Source: Patellaria atrata CBS 101060
Lineage: Eukaryota
Length of the DNA stretch: 64,000 nucleotides
Direction of reading: 5' to 3'
Assembly: GCA_010093705.1 (NCBI GenBank)
Contig: MU006107.1
Coordinates: 232,031-296,030, forward strand
Part shown: piece by piece, positions 1 through 13,246 of the stretch
Numbering within the stretch: the first letter of the stretch is position 1
How the letters are laid out: the number at the start of each line of letters is the position of its first letter
Translations under genes and position numbers: made by a program
The notes under the pieces: generated by a model
Told to the model about the DNA's origin: nothing
What the model saw: only the letters and a program-made list of their open reading frames with translations
Databases searched by the model: none

Positions 1-65
1 CCAAACGAAAGTACCCACACATGATTACCGTCTGAGACATACCATTGCAATGCAGAACCCACGCT

Positions 66-1629
66 TTAATGCTTCACCCCATTAACCAAACCCTCCCTCT
101 TACTCACCGTCTTCGCGCCATCTCCATTCGGCATCCCCACCATCCACGTCGGCGGCACCATACCCGTCTGCTCCTGAATCGTGCTAAACAGCGGCGGCAG
201 ACTCTGGAAAAGACTCCTAATCGGCGCGCCCGCGTCGACGCCCTCGCCCTGATTCCCCGTATTCCACACGCTGATCTTGGGCTGCAGGCCCTGCACCGCC
301 GCCGCGTTCGCCTTAGCCAGCTTCTCGTACGTGTTGTTCTGCAGCATGATGTACTGTATGAGGCCCTGGGGCCCACCCAGCACGTCGGCCAGGGCCCCGT
401 ACGCCTTCGCCATCTCCTGCAGGCCCTGTGCTTCCTTCTGGCGGGAGATGAAGGCGGCATCGGCGGCTTTGGCGGCGCTGATGTAATCCGCTTCCGCCGC
501 CTTCTGGCGCGCGTAGAACTGCGCGTCCGCTTCGCGCTCTTTGGCTATGAAGGCCGCTTCGGCCTCCTTGGTCTCGCGGAAGAGGAGCGCCTCGGCGTCG
601 GCTTGTTGCTGGTATTTGACACCGTCTGCCTTCTTCTCCTGCGTGTAGAGGTCCGCGTCGGCCTTTTGTTCGGCGCTTTCACGCGCGATTTTCGCCTGCG
701 TGACGGTGGTGGCGCGGAGGCGCTCGAGTTCCATCTCCGCGCGCTTCTGCTCGACGATCTTCTGGAGTTCCGAGTCGCGCTGCTCGGCGGTGCGTTGGGC
801 GAGGATCCGCTCGAGGTTCAGCTCCTTCTCGATCTGGATCTCCTTGTTCGTAAGTTTGGCGTCCGCTGCAGCTTTCTCGCCCTTACGCTCGGTTTCGAGG
901 ACGGCGGTTTGCGCGTTGATCTTTGCGATCTCCTGCTTCGTTTGGCCTTGCTTGGACGCCTCGCCAATCTCGCCCGTCATGCGGGCGTGGGCGACGTCGA
1001 CTTTGGCCTGGTTGAGAGCGCCCTCATGTGCCTTGCGCGAGAGGAAGGCGAAGTACTCGCTTCCCGGTGTGTCTTGCAGCTCCTTGACGTTGGCGTTGTA
1101 GATCTTAAGGCCAAATTGATCGAGCTCGGTTTGAACTGATAAGATAACTTTATTCTTGAAAACTTGACGTTCTTTGAAGAGCTCTTCCATCGTCATGGTC
1201 GAGACGATGGACCTGGTCTCGCCCTCGATGATGCCCTTGACGATATCTTGGACGTGGTTGCGGCCTTCACCTACCGAGACGGTGGTTTTACTGGCAGATG
1301 CTGTGGGAGAGCCATCGGATTGACCGGTCAGGAGGACGGCGTATTTGGTCAATGATTCGACGTCGTCGGAGGGGCCGATGGTGAAGACAGCGGGAAGGGA
1401 GAACTTCAACTTCTCTATCGTCATGGCTTGAAGAGTCATCGAGAAGTCGAACGGTGTAACTGAGATTTTGGAGACCTGTACATGGTGAGCTGCGAGTCAC
1501 TTGGTGGTCGTATTGAACTAGTACCTTCTGAAAGGGCATCAATAGCGCCTTCTTCTTGATGAGCACCTTGTCGATACCAGCGCCAGTAATGACGAGGTAC
1601 GAGTTGGATTCGGCCACATGATACCACAT
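66..1629 (-). CDS. Flotillin-like SPFH/band-7 protein (FloA-like); exons 1629-1525, 1475-66
   Basis: MWYHVAESNSYLVITGAGI N-terminus spliced via GT-AG intron 1524-1476 into the 457-aa ORF (SPFH motifs FSLPAVFTIGP, VKGIIEGETR, GLKIYNANVKEL), followed by an Ala/Glu-rich coiled-coil flotillin region. Confidence 0.92.
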
Positions 1630-2768
1630 CCTGTTGACTAATTTGATCGACTTGGTTGATTAGGAAGAGAAGAGGAAAAGCCTAAAATGAAGGTATGGAT
1701 TTGCGTTAAAGGACCAAATTTAGGGGTGTATTGGAACTCTATGCTACTAGATGTAGAATACTGAGTAAGATGATAAAGTAGAGATGGGAGAGTAAAGAAG
1801 TATGAATTACCGTGACCAGTTTATATACTACTCTACATGCTAGTCGAGATATTGACTGCGGTACATCTTCACCTCACCTTCCACGGTTACCGGCAACAAG
1901 CCACACAGGGATCCTCGGTTAATGGGGGTTAGTGAGGCAATCCCAATGTAGAAAATGCTAAGCAGTGAAATATTATGGATCGTTGTACGGTACATCGTGT
2001 TCTAGAGATTGAATATGACTGAACAAAAGTGAACGGGGATAGTCAGTATAGCAGTCATGTGAGAGGTCCTTGCGAGGCTTCTGCCTTGGCCAAACCAGAC
2101 CAATGCTGGTACGCCGCTGGACGCTCTCAGCCTCGTGGGTCTATAACGCACAGCCACTATTAGCGATAGAGATTAATAGGAATAGCTGATCTACAGTACG
2201 GGATTAGGATGCTGGTATCTGTTCAGCGGCAACCGTGACAGCACATAAGTCCCTCAAATCTGAGCCATGATATAGTCTCCAACTAACGATTTTGTCTCGT
2301 ATCTTGAATTCGAATACAAAATTCAGGTCACGAAAGCTGCAAAAGAAAATCAGAAGAAGATAAGAAGCTGAATGGTCGTAGGGAATAGCTGCAAATGCAT
2401 GGTACGGATATAAGAACAGATACCTTATTCAACGTTGCCGAGATATCCAACCCTAGATCACAACCGCGCACGAGGGACATCTCTAACCGGTCGATCCGAG
2501 AAGAATCGACCTAAGAAGCTTGGTGTTCTTGAGATACGCCTGAGGGGCCATACTCCAGACCGAGATTGATCCAACAATTCGTGTTTTATATGGTTCATCC
2601 TGCGCCACGAGTACAAGTACAGCCTTAGACTTTGCCTCCGGTCACAAAAGAGGTCTAGGAAGAAAGAGAAGGCACTTTTTGGGGATCAAGAACGCTTGAC
2701 TGTAACTTTTAAAATACTCAACTCACTCACTTCCAACATTTGGAGTACTATTGCAACCGGTAAGACTC

Positions 2769-3525
2769 ATGTCTGCGAAGTTTGACGACCCTTCTCTTCC
2801 CAGTTACGAGGATAGCATCAGGAGTGAAGATTCCAAGACTCCTTCCAGTATTGCACACCAGAGGAGGCCAGATGGACAGGATCTCGTCAACCACCTCACG
2901 AACGTCCGAGGTCAGCATTTGTCGAAACTAATAGACGAGAGGATTCTTCCCCTTCTGGAACAACAAGCTCTATATGGTATCGCGAGGACAACCATAGCAC
3001 TTGTCCCCTCGGATCTCGAACAAATAGACCCAGCACTCTCCGAAGGTAAGTCCTATCCCATCACACGATGTCACCGTACTTAATCGTTCAGATTCGAAAG
3101 CGTCGGCGGCGCCACTTGAACTTGTGAGTCTCTCGGAGGGCGAAAATGTACACCAGATTCAGCTCCAAGGTCAGCTTAATGGAGTTGGATTCTGGACCCA
3201 GCCTGGTGTGGTAGATAGCTTGGAGAACATGCTCCGGATATGTCTTGCTTCATCCTCGAGACTTCATGCTTCTTCCGCTCCACTTAACTCGGCACAAGTG
3301 CAACCCCCGACTTTACCTCCGAGGAGAAATTTCTTTAGTAAAAAATCCAGTTCATCGAGTCCCGTAGCAAGGCAATTCAGCCAACCGAGTACGGGAGATG
3401 AGAAGAAGCACTTGGTTGTAAGAGCCTCTTTAGAAGACCTGTGTTTTCGGACGTTATCTGCGTTCGGCCTTTACGATACTGTCACTGGTAGAGGTGTTGT
3501 GCTAAGAGTCGAGATAAATTTGTAA
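2769..3525 (+). CDS. Hypothetical fungal protein; exons 2769-3045, 3092-3525
   Basis: Two ORFs join in frame across GTAAGT...TTAAT...CAG intron 3046-3091; LPSY(E) motif near the N-terminus; no family recognised. Confidence 0.7.
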
Positions 3526-3639
3526 TTCTCGAATTGGAGTTCCTCAGAGTGTTTTATGCCTAGTCTAGAGGGTATCTTATTACTGTTAATACGCGTATCA
3601 AAGTACTCCAGCATATTTCCTAGGTCGAATGAATAGTAA

Positions 3640-5217
3640 TCAACCTTTGACCTTAACCTCTGCTGCCTTTCGAAGTCGATTCATGACTGCGGCTGCGACA
3701 TCTCCATCGCTGTCTTGAATACCTTCTACAAAGATAACAGAAACCTCCCTCTTATCGAGATCTCTTAGCGCTGCAAATAATCCTCTTGCAATGTCACTAG
3801 TAGCAGAGCCTAGGTTGATTTCCCACACCGCACTAAATTTTTCAGATTTGTCAAGACCTGCACGTATTATTTCCGCAGAAGGGACTTTGTGTCTCCGAGT
3901 GGAGCTTAACAGATCTAAAAATTGAGGTGCGTTCGAAGCTTGACTCTCCAACCTTTGCTCTACCCCGTTCGTAAATGCAACGTCCTTCTCTTCTGGAGCT
4001 CCCACGGCGTGTTCGACATCATTATCTAAGTCATGGATTATGTTATAACTCGCAGGCCAGAATTTTGTGCGTACCACACCAATGCTCTCCCCACGAAGCA
4101 GGTACGATGTGAAGGTTTCTGACTCTGGTGGATGACTACCGGCTTCATATAGAAAAACGGGGGCTCGGGGAGAATAATGCCGGTATTTCATGCCTGGAGC
4201 CCTTGGTTTGGAGTCTTTCTCAGAGAGATCTTTATATCCTACGACTACATGCTCCCATCCAGGACACTGCTGTAACTGCTCCAAGCTGATACCCCCGGGT
4301 CTTAATATTGCCGGGGGGTTTGATAATCCATCCACCACTGTACTTTCAACACCAACGTCGCAGGGTCCACCATTCAGTATCGTCCGAATCCGTCCCTTGA
4401 GGTCATCCAATACGTGCTCCGCTTCCGTAGGAGAAGGTCTTGTGGAAGCATTTGCGGAGGGAGCAGCAATCGGCCGATCCGCGAGTTTGATAAGAGCTAA
4501 AGCTAATAGACTCTTAGGCATACGCGCACCAAATGTGGAGAGGCCAGCTGTAACTTCTGGAGCTAGCAGGGAATTTGGAGGATTGGGTAGAATGATGGTA
4601 AGAGGGCCTGGCCAGAACCTTTGAATAAGAAGATTATATATTGGCGGTATAGAATCATTCTCGTCTCGGGATTCAGTCTCACCGGGTCCTTTCGAAGTGG
4701 AGGAAGAGTACAAAAGGGCACGTAGCTGGTTGAGAGAAGCAATGTGTACAATGAGCGGATTGTCGGCTGGTCTCTGCTTCGCGTTGTATATTCCTTTCAC
4801 CGCAGAGCTCCTTGTAGCATCTGCGCCCAGTCCATAAACCGTCTCTGTCGGAAATGCGACGGGTATATCGGAGTTGCGTAGCTCCTCCGCAGCCTGCTGG
4901 ATATGCTTCGCGTCTGGAGTGTTGAGGTCCAGTTCAATCTGCCAGTCATCCAATAGTGACACTGATTCTGGAGTAGAAGTAACTCTGCCAATTTTATTAG
5001 CGTCGATGGGTAAGATAACTGTCTCCATTGCGGGGAATGAAACGACTTGATGGGTGACAATCTTTTCAGAGTATTTCAGTGCAGCGACACTGATAGCGCG
5101 TTTTGCGATCGCAGCCTTGAAGAACGACTGCTGTGATAGAAGGCGAACCGTTGCTCGAAGTTGTTTTGAAAATTTATATGCATTGTTCAAGGTTATTAAG
5201 CTACACAAGTGTTGCAT
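3640..5217 (-). CDS. SUA5: Threonylcarbamoyl-AMP synthase Sua5 (t6A tRNA modification); second in-frame ATG at 5028
   Basis: VAFPTETVYGLGADA, KQRPADNPLIVH, FWPGPLT, AAPSANAS, GVESTVVD, RAPGMKYRHYSP motifs; single exon. Confidence 0.95.
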   Translation of the reverse strand: MQHLCSLITLNNAYKFSKQLRATVRLLSQQSFFKAAIAKRAISVAALKYSEKIVTHQVVSFPAMETVILPIDANKIGRVTSTPESVSLLDDWQIELDLNTPDAKHIQQAAEELRNSDIPVAFPTETVYGLGADATRSSAVKGIYNAKQRPADNPLIVHIASLNQLRALLYSSSTSKGPGETESRDENDSIPPIYNLLIQRFWPGPLTIILPNPPNSLLAPEVTAGLSTFGARMPKSLLALALIKLADRPIAAPSANASTRPSPTEAEHVLDDLKGRIRTILNGGPCDVGVESTVVDGLSNPPAILRPGGISLEQLQQCPGWEHVVVGYKDLSEKDSKPRAPGMKYRHYSPRAPVFLYEAGSHPPESETFTSYLLRGESIGVVRTKFWPASYNIIHDLDNDVEHAVGAPEEKDVAFTNGVEQRLESQASNAPQFLDLLSSTRRHKVPSAEIIRAGLDKSEKFSAVWEINLGSATSDIARGLFAALRDLDKREVSVIFVEGIQDSDGDVAAAVMNRLRKAAEVKVKG

Positions 5218-5585
5218 TCAAAATCTGTGGGTCACAATTAGAGTGAGCTCGAGAAAAATAAGATGTTATTCAGGGCGAGCCCCAATTTGATTGGTCAAAG
5301 CTCGATGAAGTAGACAATCCATATCATGTGTTTAAGAGCCTTCTTATGCTGATATAGAAATGTTGATTTAATTAAAATCTGTGGTTGCAAAGCAAATACA
5401 CGAATAAATATCCTACGCCAATCCAATACAACAATATCTTAATGAGACTCCGTTGGACATCAAACGCCGATGACGGGAGGTATCATGATGCTCCGCCATA
5501 CTCCATTTCTTAACCCAAGGGGTATCCAATGCCGCGCCACCAAATATAATTGATTGTAACCCAACCCTTTGATTTTATGGCGAGA

Positions 5586-7533
5586 TCAAGACGTCGCCTC
5601 TACGGTAGCAGGAGCAACTTGAGATGCGATCTCACCACCTGCTGATGTCTCCGCCCACGAGCCCCAAAGTCCTCTCTTCGCACGGATCCGTAATGGGCCA
5701 CCAAGCTGCGTACTCGATTGCTCAACCTTGATAGCATCCTTGGTTGCTAACACTAGACATTCAAAGAACATCTTAGTCGCATCCGATTTAGTCGTAGTAT
5801 CTTCAGGCAACATCTCTTGGAATAAAACACTGGTCTTCTGTCTTTGCGAGGGACTATCAGCTGCGCTCTCGCCAAACCGCTCGCGCAAGAGGTGTACAGC
5901 ATGTTTAGTACCCAATGATACTGGTCCACTGTCCGCCGGATGGAGAAGGGGCATGGTGGTATCGTCAAAATTATCAGGTAAGGGCGATAATGCTTCTTCG
6001 CTTTCGGCTCTGACAGGAGGAGAGCCAAGTTCTTCCTCGGGGGGAGCTGGAGGTTCATCTTCAAAACCATCCGCACTAGTAACATTGTTGTCACTCGCGG
6101 GCTCAGGCGGGGCAACAGTAAGTGCAACTTCGTCTTCCTCAATTTCCAATTGGGGCGTCTTTCCCGTTCTTGACTCGGCGTCCTCTTCGTCATCCATATC
6201 GGCAACACCACTATCGCGCTTCCTCTTGAGGTCCCGTGACCTTCGAACAACTTCGAGAGACAATATGCCTCTGAGCTCAGGAGCCCAACCTTGACTCCGG
6301 CCGTCACCGAGAATATTTGAAACAAAGCCTCCGGTTTTCTGCATGTTCATTAACGCTAAGAGCATGGGATCTCTGGGCAAGAATGATGGGGATTTGAGAA
6401 TATGAGATCGATCGTTTTGTTGAGCCCGGATCTGGGTAGAACCAATCTCCGTATTAGTATCGGCTTCAAGAACTTTGCGCCTTTTAGCCTTATGAGCTTG
6501 GTGTACAGATAGCTCTTCTTCTTCGGCGTCGACCGTGGTATTGTTCGGGTCCGGATGGAAAGATTCTTCAAGCTCGCGTTCAACGCTTGGTCTCAGTTCG
6601 GATAAAGGAGATAAAGAATCCCGCTCTCTGTCTCGAGGGGTTTGCGCAATTGTGTGTTCGGTATCCTCAGGAAGGAAATGGAAGTTGTCTGCACCACCCA
6701 TGACTACATCGTCATCAACATCCAGCTGCAAAGGATCTTCTATCTGCGGTAGAGCTGAAGGAGAACGGGGAGCAAGTTCAGTATCACCGAGGTCTAGTTC
6801 AAGGTCGTCGCCATCGTAAAGCCTCGTGCTCTCGTCCATCTCTTCAGCAAAAGTCCGCGGGGCGGGCGCCTCTCTCCCTTTTTCGATACTAATATCGTCC
6901 AAAGTAGGGCCATCTCCCAAGTCAAGCTCGAGCCCAAGATCATCTTCTAGTAGCTGTGGTTCCGATGAATGTGCGCGACCCTGCTCAATACTACCGGAGA
7001 GATACTGGCTCGAATCTAGATCAAGCAGATTCGGATCTGGTCGGGTGAGATCAATGTCTGAATCTTGAGAAAGAAGTAGGGACGGATCCATCAAGGGCGC
7101 AAGTAAGTCCGCTTCTGTCAGTGTATCTGGTAAAGTCAAACTGGCCGGGTTAGCTGTATGGGATTGTTCAGCTGGAAGATCGACATTTCCAGGTCTGAAA
7201 GCCTGTCAAAAGTTGGCACATTAGCATATACTCAAAAATTACATTGTAAGAAAGCTATTGGGTCCGTACTAGTTTAATCTTCATCAAGGCCTCGTTGCAA
7301 TCATCCAGCAAATAACGCGCCTTTCTACTATATATTCGCACAACACCAAGTAGTAGTTGACCACTCAGTCTTAGCGCCATCGGCGCCTGGCCTTGATCCA
7401 TGATTGCACCAACACTGCTCTCGATATTTGACTGTAGGATATTGCTTTTTGAGAGTTTGCGCTCGAGATTGGCGGCGAGCCAGACTCGGGCTAAGGGCCC
7501 TGTCTTCGACAGGAGGGTTTCTGAGTAGAACAT
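5586..7533 (-). CDS. RAD21: Cohesin kleisin subunit Rad21/Scc1/Mcd1; exons 7533-7270, 7202-5586
   Basis: MFYSETLLSKTGPLARVWLAAN and ALRLSGQLLLGVVRIYSRKARYLLDDC N-terminal domain; C-terminal winged helix ATKMFFECLVLATKDAIKVEQ; intron 7269-7203 joins KIKL|AFRPG. Confidence 0.95.
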
Positions 7534-7626
7534 GATAGCGATATACCAAGATTATATTATTATTGACTAGTATCCAAGAGTAATTGAGATAGTTGACTGT
7601 TTTGGATGCAGTGAGGCGCTCTTATA

Positions 7627-7767
7627 GCGCGTTGTTATGGTCCGGACGAAGTGACGCGACTGCAAATCTTCCAGTGGGAGCGATCCAAAACAATGTGATT
7701 CCGCCACGCTACGACAGTAACTCACTGTCTTTGCGACTAGAATGCAATATGCAGCAACAAGACGCGA
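7627..7767. promoter_or_regulatory. MCB-like CGCG elements upstream of RAD21
   Basis: GCGCGT 7627-7632, ACGCGA 7654-7659 and 7762-7767; the yeast orthologue is an MBF (G1/S) target. Confidence 0.35.
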
Positions 7768-8461
7768 TAGAAATTGGAGTTGTGGATGGGATTATGGAGT
7801 GCGACCAGCACAGGCAGATGTGGGTTGAGTGTGTTTGGGGGGTTGGTTGGCGCGAGGATCTGGGAAAAGTCCAACCTGTTGTGGCTGGGATGAGGTAAAG
7901 GTCATATTCACGTGATCACATTCTTGGCATGATCGGCTTCTTCGTGCCACATCCCAAGACATGCGGGAACCTGGAAGTTTGAAGAGTATCGAGTACTGTA
8001 CAGGGCAGTCTCGTACAGTACAGCTATAGATTCTGGATGAATTACTTACCACTATAAGGCTATATGCAAAATAGATATCTCAATGATATACCAATTCCAA
8101 TCTCTTTCCTCCAGCAAAGGTGCTTGATAGTAGTACACTTTGAAGACCTTCAGAACTAGCTCGCTTTGTTAATATCCTCCGTGCTTCTGCTATTAACAGA
8201 TTGAAACGTGCGCGAACGGCTCATGTTTCTGGCAGACAATCCAAATCAACTCACAATAATCTTTCAAAGCAGAACCTACTATCTTGCCCGTTTGCTTCAC
8301 TTCACATACTCGATAATTTCTCGAGCCCGCCCAAATCATTTAATGTCTCGCCTTACCACTTTAGTCCTATAGGGGCTCCACCGTCTTCCCTCACCTGTGA
8401 CCGTCGCAACACCTCGAAGCAACCTACGTCTTCCCCGTCTCACGTTGACGGCCATGAGAAT

Positions 8462-11400
8462 ATGTCAAGGGCATCGACACCTACGTTGCCTCTTCACAAT
8501 GTCAAGCTATCGACTCTACGGCCGTCATCACCAAAGCTGCCATCAGCACCATCTTCCAGACCGCAGTCGAGAATGGGAACAACTTCCTCCGCCACGGTAA
8601 CGCGTTACCTTAATCTAAGATATTGAAAAAGCTTGAAACTGATTTTGTACTGTAAATAGTCGATGACAACAACCTTCTCCGTGATCTCTCCCGAAGAGAC
8701 GGCGGAGCGCATAGACACCTCCTTAAAACACGGTCTCTCAACTACCGAAGCTATTAAGCGATTACATGAGGATGGGCCCAATGAACTACCGCACGAAGAA
8801 GCCGAACCCCTATGGCTACGCTTTTTGAAACAGTTCAAAGAAACTCTTATACTTTTATTGCTCGGTTCGGCTGCTGTCTCGTTGTTTTTGGGAAATTTCG
8901 AGGATGCTGTCAGCATCACAGCAGCAGTTACAATCGTGGTTACTGTTGGATTTGTACAGGAATATAGATCGGAAAAATCATTGGAAGCATTAAACCAACT
9001 TGTGCCCCACTCAGCACATGTTATTCGTGGAAGTGCGCCGATAGGGCGCTCGAGGTCGCGCTCGCCTTTTAAAGAGAACGGACATATAGTACAACCGGAT
9101 GCGTCAAAAGTAGAGGATACACCAGAATCTTTGGAAGCCGCGGAGAGAGCTTCAACTACAGTATTGGCCACTCAGCTCGTTGTTGGAGATTTGGTCCTCT
9201 TCCACACCGGGGACCGTATTCCAGCCGATATACGCATCACTCACTCTGCAGACCTTTCAATCGATGAATCTAACTTGACAGGAGAGAATGAAGCCGTCGT
9301 AAAAACCCCACATACTTTGAGCCATTCTGGATCCCAGCAAGCCAACCGCGATTCAAATCCATCTCCTAGAACCCCCTTTTACTCCTCTCCTGCTGGTGGC
9401 ACAGTCGGAGCAGATCTAAGGTTGAATGATAAAACAAATATTGCTTTCATGGGGACACTTGTCCGATCAGGTTATGGTCAAGGTCTTGTTATCGGTACTG
9501 GTACTCATACGGAGTTCGGTGCTATTTCCGCTTCATTACAGTCGATAGAAAGTCCGCGGACGCCTCTACAGTTGTCTATGGATCGTCTTGGAAAAGAGTT
9601 GAGCTATATGTCCTTTGGAGTTATTGCATTTATCATGGTCCTCGGTCTATGGAGAGGATGGGCGTTTTTAGAAATGTTTCAAATTGGTGTTTCATTGGCA
9701 GTAGCTGCTATTCCTGAAGGTTTACCAATTATCGTCACGGTCACACTTGCGCTAGGAGTACTTCGAATGTCCAAGAGGGATGCTATAGTACGCCGCCTCC
9801 CTAGCGTCGAGACACTGGGTTCTGTGAATGTTGTCTGCAGCGATAAGACAGGTGAGGGCTTTCTACGATGAACAATCGTCTAGTGTGGAATCTTTATGCT
9901 AATAATATATCACAAGGAACTCTAACCACAAATCACATGACAGTAACTAAGCTATGGCACTTCGAAGACAATACCCCAGTTGACGTGTCCACGAAGCAGA
10001 AGTTGAGTTCATTAGACTCCGCAACCCGAACCATTCTTAGGATAGGGAATATTGTCAACAACTCGAGGCTTTTACGATCTGATGCTCCAGCCACCGCCTC
10101 TTCAGCCGCTGTCCTTTCATCTACGATTGGTGATGATGGGTCAAGAGCGCGAAGTCGCTGGGTAGGACAACCAACTGACGTCGCTCTGCTAGACCTTCTA
10201 GATACCTTCGGAGAAGATGACGTTCGAGAACGTATTGGTGACCGTCTCTACGAGACTCCATTCAGTTCTGAGCGAAAATGGATGGGTGTTGTTATTAAAG
10301 GCACAGTTGGTGAAGATCCAAGAGGCGGTGGAGCAGACGTGGCCTATATCAAGGGTGCACTCGAAAAAGTTCTCAGTCGTTGTGACACATACATCACACC
10401 CTCTGGACGAGAAGTTGTTCTCGATGAGTCCCGAAAACAGGAAGCAATGAAAGCTGCAGATGCCATGGCGATGGAGGGTCTTCGCGTGCTCGGTCTTGCC
10501 AGCGGACCCGTCAGAGATGCGCATCAGAGCAGACATGGTGGTAACTTGAAAGCCAGAAGCGGCAATGTTACGTCTCAATCTAATAAGCCCTCTCGCAGCC
10601 TTGACAGTGAGGACATTTATCAAGGCCTTGCTTTTGCCGGATTGGTTGGCATGAACGATCCACCACGCAAAGGCGTCGACCGATCCATTCGAAGGCTTAT
10701 TGCTGGGGGTGTCAAAGTTATCATGATCACAGGTGATGCGGAAACTACCGCAGTTGCAATAGGTAAGAAGCTGGGAATTCTTCCGACAATGAATTCATCG
10801 ATAGGTCAAAATGTCATCCGCGGCGACGAATTAGATCGGATGAGCGAAGCGGAACTGGCTGAAGCAATAGCCACGACATCCACATTTGCACGCACAAGTC
10901 CGGAGCACAAGTTGAAGATTGTTCGGGCCTTACAAGCTCGTGGAGATGTTGTTGCCATGACTGGTGACGGTGTAAACGACGCTCCAGCGCTGAAAAAGGC
11001 TGATATTGGGATCTCTATGGGCAAACTCGGAACCGATGTTGCCAAAGAAGCCGCAGACATGATTCTCACGGACGATGATTTCTCCACTATTTTATCTGCT
11101 ATCGAAGAGGGGAAAGGGATCTTCTACAACATTCAGAATTTCCTCACCTTTCAATTAAGCACCAGCGCTGCCGCTCTGAGTCTAGTCTTGCTGAGTACCT
11201 TTCTTGGGTTTCCCAATCCGCTCAATGCTATGCAAATTCTATGGATCAGTAAGTGACTCATTATTTGGAAGATTGAGCTTTTGACTACCATTACCCACTT
11301 TTCCGGGCTATCCATTATCCACTCTTTGTAGTATTCAATCTTTGACTACCTGCTAACACGATTCAGATATCCTAATGGATGGTCCACCAGCCCAATCTCT

Positions 11401-11911
11401 TGGTGTCGAACCTGTCGATCCCAGTGTGATGAAGCTCCCTCCCCGCCCTAAGAAAGCTCGTGTGCTTACCCGCCGTCTATTACAACGGGTCCTTCAATCA
11501 GCGTCAATAATTATGTTAGGAACCTTGGTTACATATATTCGCGAGATGAACGCAGATGGAGAGATAACGGCCCGCGATACAACCATGACATTCACCTGTT
11601 TTGTGCTATTCGATATGTTCAATGCACTGACTTGCAGGTCGGAAGGAAAGTCTGTTCTCAAAGGCGAGATTGGCTTCTTTTCTAATAAGATGTTCAATTA
11701 CGCTGTTGGGAGCAGTTTGGTAGGCCAGTTGATGGTAATATACTTCCCCCCTTTACAACGAGTCTTTCAAACCGAATCCCTCGGCATACTTGACCTCGCA
11801 CACCTTGTTGCTGTCGCCAGTTGTGTTTTCTGGCTCGATGAGGGGAGGAAATACTATGCTTCCCTGATCCGTGGGCGAAGGATAGGATCAGGTTACAGTA
11901 CCATTGTTTGA
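8462..11911 (+). CDS. PMR1: Golgi P2A-type Ca2+/Mn2+-transporting ATPase Pmr1; exons 8462-8596, 8660-9851, 9917-11248, 11367-11911
   Basis: [27 protein letters not shown] (phospho-Asp motif split by intron), [40 protein letters not shown]; all three introns restore frame. Start codon less certain. Confidence 0.95.
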
Positions 11912-12222
11912 GTATGACTCTAAACTAGACTTCTAGTCCATAATGCAAATTTCTTCCGCTTGTACCATAATTGAGGATTTTACTGCAGTCCCATTGTCTT
12001 AGCGCACCGTGAGACCGTCTCTTCAACGAACATTTAAGGACCTTCCTCCTCCCAATTATTTTCTTCGCAAATTCCCTTTTCTCTCTAGACAGACCTACGC
12101 TCTCCCAATACACACAATCACACACTACTTTTTGTACCCCTATTCACGCCTACGGTATCATCACTACTGTACCATACCAGCACTCTCAATTGTACAGCAT
12201 ATATAGAGCTGTACAAGCGAAA

Positions 12223-12762
12223 ATGTCCTCTCCATCAGCTACCGCCTCTCAATCTCTCAGCCTCAGTGCCTCCAGGTGGGCTTGCTCTACTGAAGCAGCC
12301 GCCTCCACGCCCTCCGCCTCGCCCTCCTCTCCCGCGCCCACACAGGGTGGTCTCTCGGCCAGCAAATGGGCCGTACCCTCCGCCCCACCTCACTACGCTC
12401 CTCCCTCCGCCCCACAATCCAAAGTGGGTGTGAAGAATGGCCTCGAAGCCAGCAGATGGGCCTCGGCCTCCTCCTCCTCCTCCTCCTCCTCCTCCTCCTC
12501 CGTGCTTCCTCGCCGCACCCGACCCTCCTCCTCTCGCCGGACAAAGCCCGTGCCCTCCTCGACCTCCTCCTCCCCGGCCTCCTCCACCCCGGTCTCGCCC
12601 TCCTCATCCTCGTCCTCCCCTTCCCCTCCTGCGACTCCGGCCTGGGAGGAGGAAGATGACTTCCTCACGCGGGGCAATCCGACGTTCGGCAAGCGGATGC
12701 TCAAGGGTTCCGAGATCCCGCCCCCGGGCTTCGACCTGAAGTCCAGCAGGTGGGTGTGTTAG
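12223..12762 (+). CDS. Intronless Ser/Pro-rich disordered protein (179 aa) with four LxxS[RK]W motifs
   Basis: ATG in AAAATG context, C-rich codon usage, motifs LSASRWA, LSASKWA, LEASRWA, LKSSRWV; (TCC)n poly-Ser tract; T/G-rich 3' flank. Confidence 0.65.
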   Translation: MSSPSATASQSLSLSASRWACSTEAAASTPSASPSSPAPTQGGLSASKWAVPSAPPHYAPPSAPQSKVGVKNGLEASRWASASSSSSSSSSSSVLPRRTRPSSSRRTKPVPSSTSSSPASSTPVSPSSSSSSPSPPATPAWEEEDDFLTRGNPTFGKRMLKGSEIPPPGFDLKSSRWVC

Positions 12763-13246
12763 TTTTTCGGCGTCGTCGCTGGTGTTTGTGTTTAGGTTTT
12801 TGGTTTGTGGTTTTGTGGGTCGCTTGGGTCGTTTTTGGGTCGTTTTTGGGTCGCTTGAATTGTTTTCGTGGGGTTTAGGTACGCTTGGTGTTTTTGTTGG
12901 GAATTCTTTTTTGGTACGGGCTGGACCGGTCTTTGGAGTTTTGGGTTGGACATGGATATATTATGGATACCCCTTTTGATGAATACTATTGTTGGAACCG
13001 TCGGACTTTTGATCTATACTATGCGTTGTGACGACGGTGCTGTTGCTGTACTGTCCCTACCGTGATTGTATAGGAGCAATTTCCCCTGATTGCTCTATAC
13101 TGTACTTGTACGGCCGAATTCTCTGGTTGTCCTCTGAGCCACTTGGTTCCCACACTATCTCTTTGCAAAATACCTTTTGCAGTTTTCTGTACACTACCCT
13201 TATGGTAGTTTCAACCGTCCAGGTTCTCGACATTTGGCCATCCTCC

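Noticed and set aside
45..1139. 364-aa plus-strand ORF
   Set aside because: Antisense shadow of the GC3-rich flotillin CDS; non-ATG start and no motifs.
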